64,000 nt of DNA, taken from assembly GCA_031416315.1 (NCBI GenBank), contig JANOTL010000098.1:29857-93856 (forward strand), written 5' to 3'. Source of the stretch: Pseudomonadota bacterium (GTDB lineage: Bacteria > Bdellovibrionota_B > Oligoflexia > Oligoflexales > CAIYRB01). A program made the position numbers and the translations under genes. The notes under the pieces are model-generated. The model was not told the DNA's origin and made no database searches. It was given only the letters and a program-made list of their open reading frames with translations. This document shows positions 26,132 through 36,335 of this stretch, in pieces. Each line of letters opens with the position of its first letter. Position 1 is the stretch's first letter.

Positions 26132-26290
26132 GCCCGTCGTCCCGGAAATTCGCAGTGGGCTCGGCGGCGATCGAGCGCCGCTGGCTTCGGCGCGCCCCCT
26201 CAAAATAGCCCCACTATTCCTCGCCTTCGCCCCGAAGCCAGCGACGCCCGCTCACCGCCGATCCCATTACGAACTTTCGGGACGAAGGGC
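26132..26290. repeat. Long imperfect inverted repeat (63-nt arms, 33-nt loop), REP/MITE-like
   Basis: Arm 26132-26194 is complementary to 26228-26290; core 40 nt matches 33/40. Confidence 0.8.
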
Positions 26291-27442
26291 CAGCTGCGCC
26301 ATCGCCGCTTTAACGCCCGCCCCAAGGCCTTCAGGGCCCCCGCCCCAGCCTTCTTCCTGAAGCGCGAACTCTAGGGCTGCCACGCCGTCGATGAGATCGA
26401 AGCGGTTGACGAAGCCCAGGTGCGCGAAACGGACGATCTTGCCCTTGAGCTGGTCCTGGCCGCCGGCGAAAAACATCCCGTAACGCTGCCTCAGGCGTTT
26501 GCCGAGCTTGCCGCCGTCGACTTTGACCGGGACCGTGAGGGCCGTCAGGGCGTCGGAAGGCGCGGAATTGGCGAAGAGCTCGAGGCCCATGGCGCCGACC
26601 GCGGCGCGACAGGCCCGCGCCAGCCACGCGTGATGGGCGACGAGGTGGTCGATGCCGATGCGATCGAAGGTCTCGAGCGTCGAGTGGAGCGCCATGATGA
26701 GCGTGTGCGCCGGCGTCCAGGCGGAGCGGCCCTCCGCCTGACCTTTGCGCTCACGCTCGAGGTCGAAGTAGAAACGCGGACGCTTGGAAAGCTTGGTCCA
26801 GGCACGCGCGGAGAGCGAAGCGAATGCGAGCCCGGGCGGCAAGCCGAAGCCTTTTTGACTGCCGGCGACGACGGCGTCGATTTGCCACGCGTCCATTTTC
26901 ATCATGTGGGCGCCGAGGGACGAGATGCAGTCGACGACGAGGAGGCCGTCCCAATTTTTGCGGACGGCGGCGGCGATCTCCTGGATCGGGTAGTAGGCGC
27001 CGGTCGAGGTCTCGTTCGCTTGCAGGAAGAGGACCTTCGCCTGCGGCGTGCGCGCGAGCGCCTTGACGACGTCGTCGGGCGTCGGCGCCCGCCCCCATTC
27101 GACGCGGAGGACCTCCGCCGGGCATTGATAGGCCGCCGCCAGCTTCTCCCAGCGCTCGCCGAACTTGCCGCCGTTGACGACGACGACCTGATCGCCGGGC
27201 GCGGTCAAATTGACGAAGACCGCCTCCATGGCGCCGGTGCCGGAGGACGTCAGGATGATCGGATCCTCTTTCGTCCCGAAGATCGGCTTCAAGAGCTCGG
27301 TGCAGCGCCGCGAGATTTTGTAGAACTCGTCCGAGCGATGGTAGATCGCGGTGTCGCGGGACGCGTCGAGCGCGGCCTGTGGGACCGGGGTCGGGCCGGG
27401 ACAGAAGATGCGGTCGGTGGTGAAGAGGTCGCGTGTTGCCAT
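26267..27442 (-). CDS. Class V PLP aminotransferase (serine-pyruvate/alanine-glyoxylate type)
   Basis: PGPT, HRS, SSGTGAMEA, GKFGERW, NETSTG, VDCISS, GSQKG..LPPG and AGGQ motifs. Confidence 0.93.
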   Translation of the reverse strand: MATRDLFTTDRIFCPGPTPVPQAALDASRDTAIYHRSDEFYKISRRCTELLKPIFGTKEDPIILTSSGTGAMEAVFVNLTAPGDQVVVVNGGKFGERWEKLAAAYQCPAEVLRVEWGRAPTPDDVVKALARTPQAKVLFLQANETSTGAYYPIQEIAAAVRKNWDGLLVVDCISSLGAHMMKMDAWQIDAVVAGSQKGFGLPPGLAFASLSARAWTKLSKRPRFYFDLERERKGQAEGRSAWTPAHTLIMALHSTLETFDRIGIDHLVAHHAWLARACRAAVGAMGLELFANSAPSDALTALTVPVKVDGGKLGKRLRQRYGMFFAGGQDQLKGKIVRFAHLGFVNRFDLIDGVAALEFALQEEGWGGGPEGLGAGVKAAMAQLALRPESS

Positions 27443-27506
27443 GGGGCGAGAATCGCTGAAGTTCGGGGCGTAAGGAAGAAATAATTTCAGAAAAGGACCA
27501 ACCCTC

Positions 27507-28538
27507 TCACCGCATCGGCCGCATCGCCAGCCGCCTCACCGCCCGCGCCATCCTCGGCTCACCCAAAACTTCGACTCCGCGCAAGCGCACGCCGGAAGTG
27601 TCGACACCCGGCTGACCGACCACGCCCTCGACCGTAACGCCACCGCTCGTGAGCGCGTACGTCGGCGCCGTCGCGACCCCGCGGTAGGTAACCGCGCCCG
27701 TCCAGTTGTTGAAGGCTAGGTCGAACGCGCCGCTCTTATACCACTGGGCGGTATCCTCGTTGCTCTTCACCAGTCCGTTTGTGACGAGTCTTTGCGCGCT
27801 GCGCGATGGAGACGAGGCGTAGGCGACGCCGTCGATCTCGGTGATCTGGAGGGAGCTGCGCAGAGCGTTGACGCAGCCGTCCTGCCACGCGACGTCGTCC
27901 CCCGCAGGCGTGAGCTTGCACGGCGATCCTTCGTCGCGCTGAATGGCGTAGGCTGCGTCGAAGACCAAGCGTGCCGTCGCGAGCCTCAGGCTGCCGTCTT
28001 CTTGCGGGATTTGGATCGGCTGCTCGGCGTCGAGCGTGAGGTGCGTGCCGACTAGGAGTTGGATCGGGGAGTTGACGCAGACGTCACTCGGCTCGAGGCT
28101 CTTGTCGATCAGCTTGCCGTCGAGCGCGCTTACGTCGCCGTCGGGGCAGCCGACCCAATAGAGGTAATCGACTGAGGCGGTGTGCACCGTCGAGAACTCG
28201 TAGGCGGCGCAGTCTTTGAGGTCGATGGTCTTCTTGATGGTGAAGTTCGCCTCGTCCGCGCGCCCCTTGAGCGCGGCGAAGGCTTCGTCGACGCAAGTGT
28301 CGAAGGACTGCAGGGCCAATGCGGACGGCGTCTTGCTCGTCGCGTAGAAGTCCTCGGAGTTGTTCATCTCGAACTCGATCGTGTCCTTGTCGAGCGCCGT
28401 CGCGCCGTCGACCGTGAGGTCGGCCGCGAGGAAAAGCGCTTTCGGGGGCGACGGCTCGTGCGTCACTTCTTCCTCCTGGCAGCCAAGGGCCAGGGCCAGC
28501 GCCGGCAGAAGGAGGGCGAGCTTGTGGCGACAGGACAT
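27507..28538 (-). CDS. Hypothetical Cys-rich lipoprotein
   Basis: SD GGAGG; lipobox ALGC; paired Cys. Confidence 0.8.
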   Translation of the reverse strand: MSCRHKLALLLPALALALGCQEEEVTHEPSPPKALFLAADLTVDGATALDKDTIEFEMNNSEDFYATSKTPSALALQSFDTCVDEAFAALKGRADEANFTIKKTIDLKDCAAYEFSTVHTASVDYLYWVGCPDGDVSALDGKLIDKSLEPSDVCVNSPIQLLVGTHLTLDAEQPIQIPQEDGSLRLATARLVFDAAYAIQRDEGSPCKLTPAGDDVAWQDGCVNALRSSLQITEIDGVAYASSPSRSAQRLVTNGLVKSNEDTAQWYKSGAFDLAFNNWTGAVTYRGVATAPTYALTSGGVTVEGVVGQPGVDTSGVRLRGVEVLGEPRMARAVRRLAMRPMR

Positions 28539-28568
28539 GCGGAGCCTCCAGTGAGAGGCTCCAGCTTA

Positions 28569-29969
28569 TCAGGTTCCCGCTGGCCGCAAACGCGCTTGAA
28601 AGGCGGGCCAGTCGGCGCCGGTCGGGCTCACGAACGGCTTGGCGGCGCGCGCACCGTAGTTTCCGGCCCGATGGATCTGGTCTCGGTTGAAAATCCGGAA
28701 GCAAAAGCTCTGGTAAGGGGTGCGATAATCTCCCGCGTTCGGGAAGAGCGGGCCGTCTTCATCCGCCCAGCCGGCAACGCGGGTCATCATGCACTGGCTC
28801 AGAGTCGCGGAGGTCGGTGGCACCGGGGCTGATACGCCGATCCTGGCCCAGTCCTCGAGCTGCCACTGCCAGTCGGCGAAGTCGCCGGCGATGACCTCTT
28901 CGAAGGCGACGCCGGCCGCGCTCGCGATGCGGTCGCCGATTTCGTCGGCCGCGAGCTCGCTGGTGTAACGCGCCATGTGCGCGTCGGCGGCCTCGCCCAA
29001 GAGCGCGACGGCATTGTCCGTGAGGGGGGCGCGGAGCGAGCGGCCGCTGAACTCGGCTTTGAGGCGGAGGTCGAGATCCGCGAGCGCCGGCTCGGGGGCC
29101 GGCGCGCAAACGCTGGGGCGCGTGTCCTGGCGATACGGATAGGATAGCGTCGGATCGCCGGCGTTGCCCCGGGCGAGGTCAGAAGCCATGACGTGCGCCA
29201 GCTCGTGGGAAAGCGTCGCAACGAGGTTGCCTTCGGAGTGGCGGCGCACGCGCCCGCTGAAGATCAGGACGGCGTCGCTCGTCGTCGAGAGCAAGAGCTG
29301 GGCGGCCTCGAACGGTGTCTGGAGGGGTGACACGCAGCCCGAGGAGAGACGGATGCGCAGCTCGGGTTCGGTCTCGAGGCTGAGGTCGCAGGCGGTTTGG
29401 TTCGCGTTCAGCCAGTCGATGGCGGGCTTGACCGTTTCCAGCGTCGTCGGCTCGATCGTGCAGGGAAGGGCGCCTGTCTGAAAGTACTGACCGTAGCCGC
29501 CGACCAAGCCGAACGTCGTGGCGCCTGGGGCAGCGCCTTCGCCGAAGATGACCGGCAGGTTGAAGCAGGAGTAGCCGCCGAGCGCGAACGCGCCGGGTCG
29601 ATCGTCCTCGATGACGAGGACCTTGGGCGTTTTGCGGCCCTCGAAGGTCTCCGGAGGGAAGAGGGTCTTCGCCGTCTCATAGACGAGGTCCATGTCGGCC
29701 TGAGCGGCGAGGACGATTGGATCGTCGGCGGCCAGGAGCGGGGAGGTGATGCCTTGCGGTAGGCCCACGGGGAAATCGTCGGTGCTGCGATAGACGACGT
29801 CGTCGCCGGGACGACGCGGGCTCGGCGCGTTCGCGCACTCGCCTGAGGCAAGGGTCCAGGCGCCTGGTTTGAAGGCGGGCGGCAAGGAGGGCGCGTCGTC
29901 TTCCTCGCTCCCGCATGCGGCGGTGAGCAGCACAGCGAGACCGAGACCGGCGCGTCGCAAGGTCCTCAT
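28569..29969 (-). CDS. Lipoprotein, putative zinc metallopeptidase (M48-like)
   Basis: Lipobox TAAC; HELAH plus downstream ELAAD; ATGA-coupled to mltD. Confidence 0.7.
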   Translation of the reverse strand: MRTLRRAGLGLAVLLTAACGSEEDDAPSLPPAFKPGAWTLASGECANAPSPRRPGDDVVYRSTDDFPVGLPQGITSPLLAADDPIVLAAQADMDLVYETAKTLFPPETFEGRKTPKVLVIEDDRPGAFALGGYSCFNLPVIFGEGAAPGATTFGLVGGYGQYFQTGALPCTIEPTTLETVKPAIDWLNANQTACDLSLETEPELRIRLSSGCVSPLQTPFEAAQLLLSTTSDAVLIFSGRVRRHSEGNLVATLSHELAHVMASDLARGNAGDPTLSYPYRQDTRPSVCAPAPEPALADLDLRLKAEFSGRSLRAPLTDNAVALLGEAADAHMARYTSELAADEIGDRIASAAGVAFEEVIAGDFADWQWQLEDWARIGVSAPVPPTSATLSQCMMTRVAGWADEDGPLFPNAGDYRTPYQSFCFRIFNRDQIHRAGNYGARAAKPFVSPTGADWPAFQARLRPAGT

Positions 29970-31363
29970 GCCGCCTTAGGCTTCACGACCGTGACGACGC
30001 CGGGAACCGGCACCGCGACGGTGCGGCCAGGGCGAAGCGTTTTGACGTCGAGATCGGGATTCAGCGTCTTGATCTGCTTGATGTCGACCTTGTACTGACG
30101 CGCGATGCGGGAGAGCGTGTCGCCCTTCTGGATCGTGTGCATCTGGACGTCGGTGATCTCGATGAGCGAGAGGCGGCGCTCGACCGCTTGAAACATGTTG
30201 GCGTACTTCGACGCGAGGCGCAGCCGGTAGCCGCCTTGACTTGGCGGCGTGACGTTGCGGATCAGCTCGGGGTTCCATTGCGCGATCGTCTTGTGCGCGA
30301 CGCCGAGTGCTTGCGCCAACTCGTCGAGACGGACGGGGCGTTGCACGACGACCTCCGTGTCCGGCATGAGGTCGACTGGGTTCGCCTGGAAGTCGAAGCC
30401 GTGGCTGCGCGCGTCGCTGGCGAGGAGGATCGCTGCCAAAACTTTGGGCACGTAGCTCTTGGTTTCTCGCGGTAGCAGCGTCGTCTTCGCGATCTTCCAG
30501 AAGTCGCGAGTGCCGGCGGCGCGCATCGCCCGCTTCACCTTGCCCGGGCCGGCGTTGTACGCCGCCATCGCGAGGTACCAGTCGCCGAATTCTTTGTAGA
30601 GCGCTTTCAACAGGTTGGCTGCAGCGATCGAGCTCTTGGCCGGATCACGGCGCTCGTCGACCCAGTTGTCCATCTTCAGGCCATAGTGTTTCGCGGTGCC
30701 GCGCATGAATTGCCAGGTGCCGGTGGCGGCTTTGCGGCTATGGGCGTTGTTCTTGAATCCGGACTCGACCATGGCGAGGTAGAAGAACTCGATCGGCAGG
30801 CCGGCATCCTTCAGGAGCGGTTGGACCAGGGGCTTCACCGACTCACCGCGGACGAGCCATCGCATGAACTCCTTGCGCCCCGAGGTCTTGAAGTACTGGA
30901 TCCAGCGCTCGACGCGCTCGTTGGTGACGACCGGAATGGCGCCGAAATAGGCAGCTGTGTTGCCCGCGAGGCGGCGCTGCGCGAACAGGAGGGCATCGAG
31001 ACGCTCCTTGCTCGCGTTCACTTTCGTCGGGCGGTCGGTCTCGAAGCGCTGGATTAGGTAGCGCGCATAGACGTCGTCAGCGCAGAAGCCGTCCTCGAGG
31101 AAGCCGTCAGGGTCGATCCCCGGCTCGGGGTTGGTGACGTCCACGGCCAACTCGGTCGCCAACGGCGCGACCTCGGCCGCCAGATCCGTGGTCTCGCCTT
31201 CAAGCTCGGCACCGTCATCATTTGATATGATCGCGCTGCCTACGGATTCAGCAGGCGGTGGCGTTGGCTCGGGCTCGCGCGCCGCGACGGCGCAGGCCGT
31301 CAGCAGCACCCCGGCAAAGCTGAGGATGGTCGTGAGCTGAGTGGTACGCGTCGCGAAAGGCAT
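29966..31363 (-). CDS. mltD: Membrane-bound lytic transglycosylase with LysM domain (MltD-like)
   Basis: LAMVESG, ATGTWQFM, VDERRDP, AAYNAG and LPRET..YVPK motifs; C-terminal LysM; start uncertain. Confidence 0.88.
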   Translation of the reverse strand: MPFATRTTQLTTILSFAGVLLTACAVAAREPEPTPPPAESVGSAIISNDDGAELEGETTDLAAEVAPLATELAVDVTNPEPGIDPDGFLEDGFCADDVYARYLIQRFETDRPTKVNASKERLDALLFAQRRLAGNTAAYFGAIPVVTNERVERWIQYFKTSGRKEFMRWLVRGESVKPLVQPLLKDAGLPIEFFYLAMVESGFKNNAHSRKAATGTWQFMRGTAKHYGLKMDNWVDERRDPAKSSIAAANLLKALYKEFGDWYLAMAAYNAGPGKVKRAMRAAGTRDFWKIAKTTLLPRETKSYVPKVLAAILLASDARSHGFDFQANPVDLMPDTEVVVQRPVRLDELAQALGVAHKTIAQWNPELIRNVTPPSQGGYRLRLASKYANMFQAVERRLSLIEITDVQMHTIQKGDTLSRIARQYKVDIKQIKTLNPDLDVKTLRPGRTVAVPVPGVVTVVKPKAA

Positions 31364-31456
31364 GGGCAGAAAGGCTCCGAACCCCAAGCCTAGCTCGATC
31401 TCATCGGGGGGCACAAGACTTGACAAGCCCTTAATCCCGCACGAATTCGGGCTCGA

Positions 31457-32473
31457 TCAGTGCGATCCGAAGGCCGTCAGGATGTAGCGGAAGGACCCCG
31501 TGACGGTGATCTTCTGCTTCTTGAAACCATCCGGAAGCGGCGCGAACGGCGACGCGAGCTTGATCGCTTCGACGATCGCGGTGTCGAGGATCTCATAGCC
31601 CGAGCTTTTGATGACGCGCACGCGCGTGGCGGTGCCGTCCTTCGCGATCGTGAACTCGAGACCAACTTCACCCTGCATGCCGCGACGGCTCGCCTCCATG
31701 GGGTAGTTCCACACCAACTCGATCGCTTTGCGCAGGTTGGTGAAGTAGCCGATGAAGCGGTACTCGGTCGTGTTGATGTCGATGCGGTCGCCTTCTTGGA
31801 CTTTGTCGTCCACGAAGTCCTGGTAGCCGGCATCGACTTGGCCTGCGAGGTCGTTGATCTGCGAAGGGAGGAGTGCCTCGTACTCGTTGCGCGGCTTCCT
31901 CGGCGCGCTGCCGAAGGCGAGACCGCCTTGGGTCGACCTCACCTCTGCCGGATTCTTCGGCGTCGGCAGGGTCGGCTCGGAGGGGGGCAAAGGCTTCTGG
32001 TCCTTCTTGGGCGGCTCTTTCGGGGGTTTTTGCTCCGCGACCTTCGGCTTGTCGTTGGCGTCCGGCTTACCCTTCTGTCCGGCGTCAGCCGCCTTCGGGC
32101 GCGGGATCTTGTCCGCGATGCGCGTCTCTTTTTTCGCGATGTGGTCGACGGTGCCGAGGTAGTCGGCTTCTTTCGGCGCCTCGGTCGGCGCTTGCGGCGT
32201 CTCCAAGAGCTTCTTCAGCTCCGGGTCGTCCTTCTTCTCTTCCTCGGGCTTCTTCTCCGGCTCCGGCGCCTTCTTCTTGGGCGGAACCTGGACGATCTTG
32301 ATCTTCACCTTGTCGCCGTTCCAGCGCGGCGCGGGCTGATGATCGGTCACGTAGCGACCGAGTTGCACGCCGGAGAGGACGTGGAACAAAGCCGACACGG
32401 CCATTGCGGCAAGCAACATCTTGCCGCTGTGGCGTGACCAGGCACTCGGTTTCTTTTCAGGCTCGCGGCTCAA
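31457..32473 (-). CDS. TonB-family energy transducer (TM, Pro/Lys-rich linker, TonB C domain)
   Basis: S...H TM motif; W.YP.EA...G.QGEV...F.I, SSG...LD.A. Confidence 0.88.
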   Translation of the reverse strand: MSREPEKKPSAWSRHSGKMLLAAMAVSALFHVLSGVQLGRYVTDHQPAPRWNGDKVKIKIVQVPPKKKAPEPEKKPEEEKKDDPELKKLLETPQAPTEAPKEADYLGTVDHIAKKETRIADKIPRPKAADAGQKGKPDANDKPKVAEQKPPKEPPKKDQKPLPPSEPTLPTPKNPAEVRSTQGGLAFGSAPRKPRNEYEALLPSQINDLAGQVDAGYQDFVDDKVQEGDRIDINTTEYRFIGYFTNLRKAIELVWNYPMEASRRGMQGEVGLEFTIAKDGTATRVRVIKSSGYEILDTAIVEAIKLASPFAPLPDGFKKQKITVTGSFRYILTAFGSH

Positions 32474-32557
32474 AGAACCTGGTCTTTCCGGAATGATTTT
32501 GTGTAGTGTTCAGGGGTATGTGGGGCAAGGCTTCGGCAGCGGACGCCATGCCCCATG

Positions 32558-32583
32558 TTATCGGCAAAACCGGCGCAAATTGA
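32558..32583 (-). promoter_or_regulatory. sigma28-type promoter upstream of tonB-mltD
   Basis: Minus strand TCAA-N14-GCCGATAA. Confidence 0.55.
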
Positions 32584-32598
32584 AGCCCGGAGGCTCCC

Positions 32599-33399
32599 TT
32601 GGCACCCTCTTATACCGTGAAATCTTGCGCCATTCGGCTCTTTCTCGCAATTTTCCCATTGCTACTTTGGGGCTGCGCGGAAAAGGAGTTCGACCCGAAC
32701 GACGCCGAAAAGTCCTATGGCATTGCCAAAGATCCCTATGATGACGGCGCCTATGAGATCGCGGTGCAAAAGCTCGGCGAATTCAAGGCCCGCTTCCCCT
32801 ACAGCAAGTTCGCCGTCGAGTCGGAGCTCTTGATCGCCAACGCCCACTACGAGCTCGGCCATTTCACCGAGGCGGCCGTCGCCTACGAGCAGTTCGTGAA
32901 GCTGCATCCGAAGCACCCGAAGATCGACTTCGCCATGTTTCGCATCGGCGAGGCCTACTGGGAAGACGCCCCCGACGACATCGACCGCGAGCAGGAATTC
33001 ACCACCCGCGCCGTGCGCGAGTGGGAGAAGCTGATCGCTAAGCTCCCGGAGAGCCCCTACTCGAAAAAGGCCGTCGTCCTGGTCGCCGAGGGTAAGCGCC
33101 GCATCGCGGAGAGCATCGCCTTCATCTTCCGATTCTACTGCAAGCAGGACTTGCCGCACGCTTGCGCCTACCGCGCCATCCAGCTCGCGGACGAGTATCC
33201 AGACCTCTTCGAGCTGCGCGTCGACGCGCTCGAGAACGCCATCGAAGCGCTCGAGAAGGTGGCGGTCCTGAAGGAGAAAGACCCGGCTAGCGACAAGAAT
33301 CTCTTCTTCAAGACGATGAGCGCGGCCGAGATCCGGACCAAGGCGGACAACCTGCGGCGCGGTCTCGCGGACTACAAGAAATCCCTCGGCAAAACCTGA
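32599..33399 (+). CDS. bamD: Outer membrane protein assembly factor BamD
   Basis: Lipobox LWGC; TPR motifs FPYSK.A, F.KLHPKHP, DREQ, PESPY; start uncertain (32599 or 32617). Confidence 0.88.
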   Translation: MAPSYTVKSCAIRLFLAIFPLLLWGCAEKEFDPNDAEKSYGIAKDPYDDGAYEIAVQKLGEFKARFPYSKFAVESELLIANAHYELGHFTEAAVAYEQFVKLHPKHPKIDFAMFRIGEAYWEDAPDDIDREQEFTTRAVREWEKLIAKLPESPYSKKAVVLVAEGKRRIAESIAFIFRFYCKQDLPHACAYRAIQLADEYPDLFELRVDALENAIEALEKVAVLKEKDPASDKNLFFKTMSAAEIRTKADNLRRGLADYKKSLGKT

Positions 33400-33443
33400 A
33401 CCGCTGGAAATTCCGGGGCTTGGCCGGATTCTTTCCGGAAGTC

Positions 33444-33471
33444 TCAAGTTGGGGCGGCGGCAGGCCGAAAC
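33444..33471 (+). promoter_or_regulatory. sigma28-type promoter, ATG 7 nt downstream
   Basis: TCAAGTT start, TCAA-N16-GCCGAAAC. Confidence 0.5.
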
Positions 33472-33478
33472 GCCCGAC

Positions 33479-35470
33479 ATGCTTAACATAACCAAAATCA
33501 TCGGCTTCTCCCTCCTGCTCGGCGGCTGCGCTGCCAATGACGCGGAAACCAAGCCGGCGAAAGCCAACGCCAAACCGACGGCCCCGGCCGTCCCGGACCC
33601 CGTTCCTAGCGTCGGGAAGCCGGGGACTGCGGGGGGCGGCATCATCCCCTCGGTATCGCCGGCGGATGCGGAAGACGAGCCGGCCGACGTGGCGGCGAAC
33701 GTCAGCGGCGCTTTCTTGGTCGCCTTATCCTGCGACGTCGTCAACGCGAGCGACACCGCGGCCACGCAGACGACCTTCGGCTGCTCGTTGAAAGACGAGC
33801 ACGGCTTGAACGCAACGGGCAAGGTCGAGCCGCAGAGCGCGAAGGTCGCGGCGAAAGGTACGAACGAGGTGGCCGAAGCCTCGATCTCCCAGCAGCCAGC
33901 AGGCTCGAGCTATCAGTTCGCTTTCGTCGCCGACGGCATCCGCCCTGGCGCGGCCGCCTCGCTCGCTTTCAAGGTTCTTTATGACGGTGCGGTGCGCGAG
34001 TTCATCTACCTCGTTCCCGCGTCGTACTTGACCAAGACGACCGGCGACATGGACCTCCACGTCGACGGGGCGGGCGGCAACGACAGCGGCCTCTGCGCTG
34101 CAGCCGACCCGTGCAAATCCATCGGCCGGGCCGTCTCCCTCGTGCCGGATCAGATTGCCCACAAGGTAGTCATCCACGTCCTCCCGACCGCGACCTACGA
34201 GGAGCTGGTGATCGTCGGCAACCGCGGCGTCGTCAACGGCTCCCTCGAGATCCGGGGCGAGGCTGGCGCCGCCGGCGAACGCGTCAAGACGTCGCGACCC
34301 AACGGCGTCTTCGAGTTCCGCAACCTCCGCTCGCCGCCGGGGGGCATTCGCCTCACCGGCCTCGACGTCGAAATGAGTAGCGCCGGCGGCGGTTTCGATG
34401 CGCACTCCTTCTCGGCGGCCATTCTAGTCGCTGACAGCTCGGTCGACCTGAGCGACGTGAACCTCGTCGGGCCGAGCGCGGTCTCGACCTCTCTGCATAC
34501 GCCTAACTTCGATCTCGCCAGCGCGGAGGGCAAGGAGCTCGCCGAGGTCGCCGGCTACGGCTTGCATGTTAAGGATGGCGGCGGCGTCCGCCTGCGCCGG
34601 AAAGTCACGGTCGCCCAGTTCGCGACCTGCATCCGCATCTCCGGCTCCGGACTCGAGATCCAGGCAGATACCGAGCTCTCGACCTGTCTCTACGGCCTGA
34701 CCGGGTCGGCCGGAGCGAAGCTGACGGCCTCGCGTGCGACGGACGACGAGCTGGCGGGGGCCGCAGAGAGCTTCTCCCTCAAAATCGACCGCGCCGCCAA
34801 CGGCATTTTCCTCATCGACGGGGCCAGCTTCGCTCAGTACACGGCGGGGCTCGAGTCGATTGAGGTGAAGCGCGGTGCCATCACGCCATTGAACTCGTTC
34901 GGCATGAACGTAACCGACGGCGCCGGCTTTCTTTCGAAGGGGGGCGGCGGCGGGCGCAAGCTGCTCGTCAAGGACTTCGAGTACGGCGTCGCGCTCGCCT
35001 CGAACGCCTCCTTCTCTTGGATCGAGGACGCTTCGAACGCGAGCGTCACGATCTCGGGATGCCTCGACGCGTGTGTGCACGCGAAGGGGAGCACCTTCCG
35101 CGCCCGGACCGGCGCCATCGCCATCGCGGCGGCGAACCGGGACGGAGCGGAGCTGTTGAAGCTTTTTGACTCCGCGACCGTCGAGCTGACGTATGCCACC
35201 TCGATGAGCCTGACGGCCTCGACGGTCGGCACGCCCTACGCGGTGACAGCGCTGGACCGCGCGTTGCTTTCGATCACCGGGTCCGTCTCTGCGGCGCCGT
35301 TCACGCTGCCGGCCGCGAAGCTCTACGTCACGAACGCTTCGGTCGTGAAATCGTCGCGCCCGGGTCAGGGCTCGAAAGGCACGGCCGCGCAAGTTGGCAG
35401 TATCTGTGACGTGACCGCTTGGGACTATACGGGCAGCCCCGCCGTTTCCGGGTGTATCGATATCGACTGA
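33479..35470 (+). CDS. Lipoprotein with VSGAFL N-terminal domain and probable right-handed beta-helix
   Basis: Lipobox LGGC; LHVD...GND...C....PCKSI..A motif typical of pectin-lyase-like beta-helix starts. Confidence 0.75.
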   Translation: MLNITKIIGFSLLLGGCAANDAETKPAKANAKPTAPAVPDPVPSVGKPGTAGGGIIPSVSPADAEDEPADVAANVSGAFLVALSCDVVNASDTAATQTTFGCSLKDEHGLNATGKVEPQSAKVAAKGTNEVAEASISQQPAGSSYQFAFVADGIRPGAAASLAFKVLYDGAVREFIYLVPASYLTKTTGDMDLHVDGAGGNDSGLCAAADPCKSIGRAVSLVPDQIAHKVVIHVLPTATYEELVIVGNRGVVNGSLEIRGEAGAAGERVKTSRPNGVFEFRNLRSPPGGIRLTGLDVEMSSAGGGFDAHSFSAAILVADSSVDLSDVNLVGPSAVSTSLHTPNFDLASAEGKELAEVAGYGLHVKDGGGVRLRRKVTVAQFATCIRISGSGLEIQADTELSTCLYGLTGSAGAKLTASRATDDELAGAAESFSLKIDRAANGIFLIDGASFAQYTAGLESIEVKRGAITPLNSFGMNVTDGAGFLSKGGGGGRKLLVKDFEYGVALASNASFSWIEDASNASVTISGCLDACVHAKGSTFRARTGAIAIAAANRDGAELLKLFDSATVELTYATSMSLTASTVGTPYAVTALDRALLSITGSVSAAPFTLPAAKLYVTNASVVKSSRPGQGSKGTAAQVGSICDVTAWDYTGSPAVSGCIDID

Positions 35471-35480
35471 AGGGCACCGC

Positions 35481-36335
35481 TCAGAAGGCGACGTGGAAGT
35501 GATCGTCGTGCCGCGCCGCGTCGCAGCCCTGGAAGGCGACGCGTGGATCGCTGAGCACCATGCGGGCGGCAAGGTGCGGCTCGACGAAGAGCTTGCGCGT
35601 CTTCGGGCTGGCTAGCACGCCGTCGACGAGGTCGCGTGTCCGGAGGATGTCGACGCGGCTGCCCCGGTAGCGATCCTGAAGCCAGGCGAAGTCCCAGCGG
35701 AGACGATGCGGTCGACCCGCACAGGGTACGGGCTCGCCAGGAGCCGGGCCGTCGTAGACCCCGTAACCGAAGGGTGAAGGCGGCTCCGCTTCTCCGGCCC
35801 AAGCGAAGGCGAGGTCGACCTCACGGCCGTCGCGGTGGCCCAAGTGCGGCAGGAGCGGCGTCAGGCTGCCAAAGGGAAAGCCGGCATCGAGGTAGCGCAC
35901 GGACTTTTGCGCTTTGGCGACGGCGAGAAGCCGCTTGCGGACGTCGGGCAGCACGTAGTGGCGATTGAAGTAGCAGGTCCACTTCGTCGCGGGCCGGAGC
36001 GCCTCGCTTTCCGCCGTCGAGCAAGGGAGCGGCACGCGACCGAAAGCGGGCGCGATCGCGGGGATCAGGAAGAACGAGAAGGTCGCCATCAGGAAGCCGA
36101 AGAGCATCGCCGCCGTAGTCGTCGCGAGGACGGAGCCGATGCTCGGGCGAAGCTTGCGGTGAACGCCGCGCAGCAAGGGGATCGCCGCGCAGAGGAGCAG
36201 GCCGCCGACCTGGCTTAGGGCCGTCAGCAGGCAGACGAGCAAAAAAAGGAGGAAAAGCACGAAGAATGAAGGGGATGCCGGCGGCTCGGTCCCCTCGCCG
36301 TAATCGACGTCCGTCGCTTCGTAATCGTTTTCCAT
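35481..36335 (-). CDS. Membrane-anchored protein with MepA-like zinc peptidase motifs
   Basis: N-terminal TM helices; PHLGHRDGREVDL and HDDHFHV. Confidence 0.6.
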   Translation of the reverse strand: MENDYEATDVDYGEGTEPPASPSFFVLFLLFLLVCLLTALSQVGGLLLCAAIPLLRGVHRKLRPSIGSVLATTTAAMLFGFLMATFSFFLIPAIAPAFGRVPLPCSTAESEALRPATKWTCYFNRHYVLPDVRKRLLAVAKAQKSVRYLDAGFPFGSLTPLLPHLGHRDGREVDLAFAWAGEAEPPSPFGYGVYDGPAPGEPVPCAGRPHRLRWDFAWLQDRYRGSRVDILRTRDLVDGVLASPKTRKLFVEPHLAARMVLSDPRVAFQGCDAARHDDHFHVAF

